The notes under the pieces: model-generated | The model's input: only the letters and a program-made list of their open reading frames with translations | The model's database searches: none | Told to the model about the DNA's origin: nothing | In this document: positions 55,739 through 64,000 of the stretch, piece after piece | Layout: the number at the start of each line of letters is the position of its first letter | Numbering within the stretch: the stretch's first letter is position 1 | Made by a program: the position numbers and the translations under genes | NCBI GenBank assembly: GCA_027604505.1 | Contig: JADIIX010000010.1 | Location: 186,001 to 250,000, forward strand | Source: Gonapodya sp. JEL0774 | Lineage: Eukaryota | DNA: 64,000 nt | Direction of reading: 5' to 3'

Positions 55739-57770
55739 AGATTTGAATCACCTCCAGATGATGATTTCCAAGATAGAGAAAGGAGCATGTCTAGCACAAG
55801 TGCATATGTATTTGGGTTGATGAAAGTTATGCGTTGAAATATAACTAGATCAAGAATTGGATTTCCACAGAAAGGAGCAAGTCCTCGAACGTCTAGGTAG
55901 TAGTATTGAGTTTAGAATACATGGTATGGTATGAAATTTGTCAGGTCCATCACAGGTGACTGGGCCACACACCGGGGGATGGTCTATCGAGAAGAGTCGA
56001 GTTCTTGGGAGGTGGCGGAGAAGGGAGGCGAAAACGTCATGCGTCCACAACCTCCACGGCAGGCGGAGAAGAATGCCAGCACGGATGTAGGTGTGATTGA
56101 GAACGTGGAGAAAGTTGTCAGTGAGACGGACGCAATCGCCTGAGCTGTACAAAGGAAATGACCCGTCTGGCCACCATGAGCTCCATGAGTAAGTCTTCGA
56201 ATACGTTGCGTGAGAATGGGCGAAGGCGGCTGCGATCTCTGGGACCTGTTCGATCCCGAGTTGCCACCTGACTAGGACGGCAACCACCGCGGCAGCCACT
56301 CAGAGGGCGAGACCAGCGACGGCAGCGGCAGAACTCCCCTGCTGTTGCCAATCCGCGGGAGATGCTGCTGCCGCGGTCCGGTTCGAGGCTGCGGGGGAGC
56401 GGAAAATGACCACGGGGCGGTAGAAGGCCCAGACTCGCCGGTGTTGAGGACGGCAGCAATGCACGCGCAGAACGAGAGCCAGACGGTGTCATTTCTCTCC
56501 TGGTATGGGAATGTTACCCGGGGAATGGGGATTGAGGTATTTGACCCGCCCGGCAACACCTGGAACAGAACTCAGCCCTTTTCAACAGCAGAATTAAATA
56601 CTCTCTCATATATTTGCTCTATATTTTTGTGCACGGGGTTCATCCTCAGTGGCCTCCTGTATCCGGGAAGGAAGATCGATATGTGAGACAGCGTGAAAAT
56701 TCAAACGCGAAATGAAGCTACATTTGCGTTGTGGTTTGATTACGGATAGTATGGATCGTGGGCGATATCATTCGACATATGCGAGCGTTAGACAGCATGC
56801 TACGATCAGACGGTAAATGGGACTTGAATATGTGTCTCCCGTGTACATGCGAAAATCGATGAGTGGCAAATCACGAATGTATCTCGGCAGTTTATCTTCC
56901 TCGTGCACTCCTAGACACGCCCGAGAAGGTGATATAACGGAGAATGTTCCTGTCCCCAATTATTAGTATTGCGAGCGCAACGACTCTGTGCAAAAGGCTA
57001 TTACCGTGCCCAGGCGCCACCTTGCATTGTGAATTGCGTGAGCACTGATGGCAGAATTTTCGAGAGATCAACTGTAGGAGTAAGCGTTTCCGGGGCAAAT
57101 GTTCTACTTGCAGACATTGCATCACAAAAAAGTAAGTGTAACGCCAACTCCAAAGTCTTCAAGATGACTGTTGCACCATTGGAATGGTCCACCACTTTCC
57201 AAAAACGGGTGCAAAAGTTTTGCGAGCGAGAAATTCATCCTTTAACAAAATCTTTTCTCACAACTCAGATGTATCTCGGTCGTTTTATCTCCACGAATAC
57301 AGGTCCCGCACCAACGGACAAAGCTCGAGGCAAAGGTAAGGTACTTTCCCCGACCATTATTACACGAGACATGATTCCGGAAATATCTACAAGAGTCGAG
57401 TTCAGGCACGACAGTGAAAAGTATGTCGGGATCCATTTGGAGAGAGTTCCTGATTAATTGTGGGAAGTCCGACCACAGCCAGGACCCGCAGCCATCAATG
57501 AATAAGGCCCTGCAAAACCAGGGTTGAACAAAAAATCGAAGCGAGTTCAATACCAAAGCCAACTCAACTCTCACACAAGTATACGTTTGGCGGTCTCGCT
57601 ACCTCGGCGATACTGTTTGGGAAGCAATGAGTGAACCTCTGCAGAGTCGCCACTGTCCTTCCTCCGCCATCGATAGTGATCAACCTGTCAAGATCGTTCG
57701 CATGAATGATGCAAGGATTGTTGCCGCGCAACCGGTTCTCAACAGGCCGTTGAAGGTGCCAGTAAGGACA

Positions 57771-57811
57771 GGGAAGGGAAGGGAAGGGGACGGGGACGGG
57801 GACGGGGACGG
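57771..57811 (+). repeat. Short (GGGAA)n/(GGGGAC)n microsatellite
   Basis: gggaagggaagggaaggggacggggacggggacggggacgg. Confidence 0.7.
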
Positions 57812-60434
57812 AGATTCATTGTTTCCGCCTGGACTTCGTATTGGAATTGGACTCGTTGAAGGATTGGGGATAATGGATCCTAACAGAGCATACAATTCGG
57901 CTTACCCTTCCAGTAAGCATCACAGGCCCACTCGAACGCTTCCTGGCTCAGACTTTCCAGTTTGTATGTGACCTTCCACCCCGTGATCGCCTCTTACTTC
58001 CATCAACTCTAGTACAATGGAACTCCATTGACCTTTTGAAGAGTTGGGTACCGAAGGAACCATGGATAGGTACTGGAGGGACCCAACTGGAGAGCCTGAA
58101 TGAGTTGAGTTGAGAATGTATAAGGTTGTGGGTTGATGTGGGAGTAAGGAATTGGGGATTCTCCACTTTTCCGTAGATAGTCCCGGCGGACTTTTATGGC
58201 TGGGTAGTAAGGTAAAAAGATGTGGATGGATACCGAGGACATTTGAAGCAAGCGGAGTAGAGCGAGGTCGATTGCAAAGCGGAATGATTGATGTGCGATG
58301 GGAAAGGCGGGGAGAAGCCACTCGAGCATCATCGTAAATTCCATGGTCCACACCTCTTCTGTTAGGTTAAGCAAACCGCCCGCGTGGACAGTTATGTCCG
58401 TGTTTTCGGCTTGTTTGTGAGACCAACAAAGATCAAATAGTTCAGTATTTGTCTCTGCTACTCTCAATCCGGGGCTGACATACGCACACTTGCCGAAACG
58501 GGGTTCGGGTGGTTCAGAGCGTGATCGACCTCGCAGATCCCCCAGAAGACCTCTGACACACGATACATTTGCGAAAAAGCAAATCGGAGGACTGTAACAG
58601 CCAGTAACGTCCTTCAATATCTATATACCGGAAGCCCCAGATTGGATGCCGGTTCGAGATGTCAAGTTCACCGAAGCGGTAGATGGCACCAATCGACTTA
58701 TCTTCAATGCCCAATAGAAAAAGGTCGGAGGACCCTGACAATAATCATAGATTGTGAATAATTTTATGTTTTATCAAATATTACAAGCGGGAGTGTTATG
58801 GAGTCTCCTGGCAGACGGTGGCAACTGAGCAGAACGCCTAGGTCATTCGGTAGAAGTTGATCGGGGATCTATTCCGACGGGAGCAGGACACTTGAGGTAG
58901 GTTTTGTGCCTTGGGACACAGAGAGGCGGAAGTCGCGGAGCCGAAAGTTGCGAAAGTCGAAGTTCAGGTGGAGAGCGAGGTCGACGAGGCCGGGCAGGGC
59001 CTGTATGCGTTCATTAGGTTGAAAGTCCTATTGGTAATTAGGGGCTCGAAATATGATAAACCTTCCACACAGTCGTTCCCAGATTGAAAAGCATCAGAGA
59101 CAATGATTTTCTGAAGTGCCCGTTAAATCTATATTTACACTCAACATCAATATAGTAACTCATCCAACAAAGTTGCTGCATCTAATCGGCCATTAGAGCT
59201 CTTTGCTTAACCAGCCACTGCTCCCTTGTGAGGAACTTTGGATGAGCCTTCGCTTCCTCATGCACATCCTTGATAATGTCCTCCGATGGCTTCTCAAAGA
59301 TATCGGTGATGACACGGAAATAGGGTTGGGGGATGTACCTGCGATACATTTAAGAATGAATGAGGTTTACGCCACTTGCAACGTTTTAGCGACTAAATTT
59401 CGATTCACCAGTCCAGGTCGGTGTACAGCTCTACCCGATTGCCCTCGGGGTCTAATAGAGCCCAAAGGAAGTATACGATAGTCAGACATCACGCAAACGA
59501 AACCACCACACTTGGATTCCAGCTCACCTTTGACGTAGATGGAGATCGCATTGCCATGACTCGCTGCTACTGAGGACAGCGCACCAGCTGCAAAGAACAC
59601 GGTGAAGTTTCCAAACCACTTTTGGGCGTACAAGAATAATTCTCATTACCTGCAATCGCCCTCTTGGCGTATCGTATAACGCCATCGAGTGACCCACAAT
59701 TCAAGGATATTTGCTGGATGGGGTTGAATCCCTCGGTGGGGTCGGGCCTCCCGGACGCAAGTATAATCTGGTGGTGCTCGGCCGGTACTCTAGAAAGGAA
59801 TGCGATGCTGGTAGAGTAGGGATTTTGTTGGTTGAGCTGGCATTGCGCGAGAAAGGTAATTGAATCGAGTAGGTTAAATAAATGGCTTACTCGAATATTC
59901 CATCAGGTGTCGACAGGGGACCTTCGTCGGTGAGAGAGAATCCAAAAGCGTCAATGTAGAACTAATGGTTTTGCAACGTTTTTGGCGCTGGTAAAGCCTC
60001 ATGGGAAGGACGTTTCGTGAAAAAGCTTCGCACCTTTTTCATCCTCTGAAGTTCATGAACACAGACTCCCATATGAGAGAATCGTAGGGTGTCAGCCTGG
60101 AGTTAAACATTCCGAACGTTCATACGGAAATCACATCAGAGTCTTTGGGAAAGCCGCAGTCCACACCTTCGCAGATATAGTAGCCATAGCGATTAGTTCG
60201 GTGGAAGGGCAAGACGCGAACCTTTGTTATAAATGAAGTTGTTTATGCTATTACGGGGGTTTGTTGGTCCGATCGGCACACTGGTAAACATCCGACACCT
60301 TCGGTGCACGCGCGGATTAATACTCTCCGAGCTTGAGCAAGTAATCGTGCGATAGCGCAATAAAGACAAGAAATAGGCTCCATTTACAATCTTTTTCAGG
60401 TTTCTCTGCCCCTTTTTTCCTTGAGCAGCCTGCA

Positions 60435-61893
60435 ATGTCTAACTGGCAACGCCTAATCAGATTTGATGCCGTGGAGGGTGAGCGCTCCTCTTCTCTCATG
60501 GCTGGGACTCTTCTAACAACGCCAAATGCTTCAAATAGGTGGAATTCACTACGGTGAGCCTCTGCCCGGTTGTCTCGGTCCCGACGGTTCTCTCGACCCA
60601 ACCCGGGCCAAAATCTCCGCCAAGGAGGTGGTGGGTGGCCCATTCGCCGGAGCTGTGACCGACACTGTGTTGACTGTCAAAAAGGTTATTTGGTTCTTTG
60701 GTTCTTTGCTTAACCCCTTGGGTGTAGCTTTGGTAACCAAACTCCACAACCTCTCATCAGCTCCTCTGCCCGCTTGAGTGCACCCCCGCCATTCCCTGCA
60801 TTGGCCTCAACTACCGGGATCACGCCACAGAAGCCCAGGTTAGTGCTGTGACAATGTAATTTAACACGCCACCGCCGTTCCTATGGTTTATTGTGCTTAC
60901 TCGTTTCATTCTACGGACTCCGTGTCTGGCAGCTGCCCATTCCCAAATACCCCGTTCTTTTCATCAAGTATGCGAACTCTCTTGCGGGGCCTACGGAGCT
61001 AATAACCTTGCCTGCGTGTACAAACGACGATCAGATGGACTACGAGGCAGAGGTAAGAATATAAGTGAGAAATTCGAGTTAATATTTGCTGGTATTCGAA
61101 CCGATGCACAGCACTCACGCTCATGCTCGTAATGCTCGTATCATTTTTAGCTTTGCGTGGTTATTGGTAAAGGCGGAAAGAACATTCCACTCGAAAAGGT
61201 ACGGTCATGCGATCCTGAGTTAGATTTTTGCCCGCATAGTACCATCCTCTGTACTTCTTATTAGGCGCTCGATCATGTTCTCGGTTACACAGCCGGAAAC
61301 GATATATCTGCTCGGCGATGGCAACGCGAGTGCCATCAATTTTGTTTCGGAAAGGTACGTCCCCGTGATAAACACTGCTCAAGCAGTGTGAAGGTATTGG
61401 TTGCGGTCGACCTCACAAAAGCTGTCTCAAATGTGGTAACAGGGAATGGATAAGTTTGCACCGATCGGGCCGCAGCTGGTGTCTCCTTCGCTCATGCCTG
61501 ACCCGCAGAAGCTCCGCCTCCGTGGATTTGTGGACGGTGCCGAGGTCCAGAATGCCTCGACCGATGGCATGATCTTCTCTGTTGCCGAAATCATATCTTT
61601 CATATCTAAAGGTGAGAACTCGTTCCTGAGACCACCACTCCTGGCGATGGTCCTTCAGTTGCCCAACTAAACTAATTCACTTCTTCCGCTGTGAAGGCAC
61701 CACTCTCCTGCCCGGAATGGTAATCATGACGGGAACTCCCGGTGGTGTTGGGCTTAGCAAGAAGCCTCCCATACACATACAAGAGGGCACCGTGTGTCGC
61801 ATTGAGATTGGTGGCATAGGGTTCATAGAGAACACGTTTGGATTTGAGAAAATCGACACATACAGCGTGTTGTCAAACGCGCATGAACTGTAA
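60435..61893 (+). CDS. Fumarylacetoacetate hydrolase (FAH) family protein
   Basis: MSNWQRLIRFDAVE; IPCIGLNYRDHATE; PKYPVLFIK; MDYEAE|LCVVIGK; GYTAGNDISARRWQ; GMDKFAPIGP; GTTLLPGMVIMTGTPGGVG. Confidence 0.92.
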
Positions 61894-62199
61894 AGTAGCA
61901 GCTGGCTGTTTCCGTGTTTTTTGTTGTATTTGCCTGAAACATGAGCATGGCTGGTCCTCGAGGATCGTTTGCAAGTTGTTGTGAGCAAAAGGGAACTCAC
62001 ACACAATCCTTCAACTATCACTGTCACCGTCCTTAGCCCCCGCGTTCAAGCTCCAATGCCAAGCTCGATGTGCGCAACTGCTGTTACTAGTCTGGTTTGT
62101 GACAGGCGCAAAGGGCGGAGCTGTGAAGGTGGATAGCAAGTTGGGGTCGGGAACTTTTGCAAGTGACTGTAGGTGTGGCGCGCGGGATTGGCATTTTTG

Positions 62200-63072
62200 G
62201 CATACCTCGCCTTCAATTTTGGACATTCTCAGAAGTGATGACTTGAAGGGCGGTTTTTTCGTTGCAACTTCAATCCAGTTCTTTCAACAAGCTTATGGCA
62301 TCAAACCATACAAAATTTTTCAACAACTCCTTTTAAAAAGTATTTGAAAACGAGTAACGACATGTCGAAGTTAGTTCGCCCCAAAGTTTTTTGAATGGAT
62401 AACTATAGGTGGTGTTGAGTCCGATTCACCATACCGTAGACAGCTCACGTTGTGAGTTTCGATTGTCTTCCTTCTTTTCACGATCTGGAGCACGGGGCTT
62501 GTAGATAGACTAGGCCGCCGCGGGTCACTTATTCTTTCTCAGTCATTACTTTCAGTGGCGTCCATTGCCATCGGTGAGTTCGGTGATAGATGACTTTCAG
62601 TCTTCAGCGACAGGCAACATGTCCGTTACCGTCATAATCTAGTTGTAGCGGGCAAGAAAACCGAGTCCCAAAATGAAGCAGAAGATATTTCACCGTCAGT
62701 AATTATAACGACGGCAGGGATCTTTCTTTTCTCCGGTGCATATCACTTGGGCTTGGCTTCAGTACCAAAATTGCTTATGTCTGAGATGATGCCTACGCGG
62801 GTTTTGGAAACCGCGCAAGCAGCGGGTGTGGGAACATATTGGTCAGTTTTGTTCTGGATTATTTTCTTCTCCCCCAGGCCCTTACTGGTAGCATTGTCCT
62901 CGAAAGGGTTACCAACGCCGTCATCTCTTTCCTTACCCCACCACTCGTGGATTCAATACGAGTATCGATTTTCTGTGCTTACGTTCTAACCAACGGCCTC
63001 GGTGCAGTGTTCACGGCCAAGGTTTTGAAGGAGACAGCCGGACAAAGTTTGGAGCAAACAACTCGACAATAA
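62200..63072 (+). pseudogene. C-terminal half (TM7-12) of an MFS sugar-porter gene, disrupted
   Basis: SILDILR...IQFFQQAYGI(fs)TIQNFSTT; LTL*VSIVFLLFT..GLVDRLGRR; LGLASVPKLLMSEMMPTR; TNAVISFLTPPL; KETAGQSLEQ*. Confidence 0.85.
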
Positions 63073-63197
63073 GTTAGAGATGAAACCAAGCGAATGCGTT
63101 TCCGAGGACAAAAGAAGAACAGTAGTTTAACAGAGAGATTAGCGGTGTAGATAGACAGTGCAGTTGCTTAATCGAATCAATTATTTGCTGTACTGCT

Positions 63198-64000
63198 TCA
63201 CACGTTCTCCTCAAAATCTACTTTTGCCGTTCGTCGGATGATGTCCTCATTCAGATTCCATATCGCGTCAAACAATGCGATCCTGAATGTGCCTGGCCCG
63301 TTCACCGCGAGTGGAGTTGTGCCGGAAACGCCCGCCTCCGCCATTTCACTGGCTACGCCCATTGCAACGAGAGCCCCCACAGCGCCCACAAACGGGTCGT
63401 CGCGACACACAGCGGCGAACGCACCTGTAAGCGCTGCTACCATACAGCCACTAGCGGTGATGGTCGGGAGAAAGTGAGACTTATTGTGGACACGAGCCAA
63501 GCGCCGACCATCGCTGACGTAGTCGGGCTTGCCCGTCATTGCCTGTTACAAATTTGTTGGATTAACAGAAGTTACAGTCGCGCAAGAGGTCCATGTGATA
63601 TGCCCAAACAGTTCGTCAGTAACTCACGACCACCAAGCCTTTACTCTGGGCCAAAGTCGCCACCATCGCATCAGGGCCCTCAACTGCACCCACAGAGTCC
63701 ACACCCCTACTCTGTGCGCCTTGTTGTCCTGCGATCGCCGCTATTTCACCTGCATTTCCACGCAAGATTGTGACTTTGTAGTCGTCCAGGATGGTAAGGG
63801 CGGTCTTCATTCGAAGAGCTGTTGCACCTACCCCGACCGGGTCAAGAACGATCGGGGTGGCAATGGAGGAGGCTTTGGTGGCGGCGACCTTCATGCCTGC
63901 ACAGCAATTTCGAAAGTGTATGGATATCGCATGTCGGCGAAAGCCCTATGTGGACACCGCAAAGCACATACCTTCAATGAACGGCGGGTAGAGTGTGCCG
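63198..64000 (-). CDS. Hydroxyethylthiazole kinase (ThiM / C-terminal domain of THI6); 5' part outside the window
   Basis: PIVLDPVGVGATALR; ILRGNAGEIAAI; SRGVDS; MTGKPDYVSDG; ITASGCMVAAL; GPGTFRIALFDAI. Confidence 0.92.

Noticed and set aside
62040..62095. Helitron-type CTAG 3' end at 62087-62090
   Set aside because: No convincing subterminal hairpin and no Rep/helicase remnant recognised
37370..62200. Firm classification as a Starship
   Set aside because: No DUF3435 tyrosine-recombinase captain or clear termini visible; kept only as an analogy

Overview
This is an intron-rich (mostly 50-100 nt GT-AG introns), compact fungal genome segment of roughly 50% GC. Gene content and intron density suggest an early-diverging, chytrid-like fungus (inference only). 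Bases 1-36 kb are a tightly packed core: a GLFG-repeat gene end, LIS1/PAC1, a large uncharacterised helical protein, a beta-TrCP/FWD1-like F-box-WD40, CSN6, KIN17, TRM9, YME1, a possible START-like protein and Rap1. This core also holds a very unusual gene of about 7.5 kb encoding Ser/Thr-kinase-like + AAA ATPase + GAF + class III adenylyl cyclase, whose GAF domain carries an insertion with seven RRxS (PKA-consensus) sites. At 36.2-63.1 kb a sugar-porter gene appears to have been split in its central loop: the decayed N-terminal half (36249-37369) and C-terminal half (about 62200-63072) are collinear but separated by about 25 kb of accessory DNA. That interval carries an apparently intact aromatic-catabolism cluster (amidohydrolase-2 decarboxylase, FAD phenol monooxygenase, Zn2Cys6 regulator, ACS-family MFS, plus a FAH-family hydrolase), two pseudogenes, a copia relic, an output-less TM-Cache-like-TM-HAMP receptor and unexplained decayed ORFs. 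It may be a cargo-carrying mobile island. The window ends in a hydroxyethylthiazole kinase gene. Exon boundaries were inferred by eye; no database searches were run.
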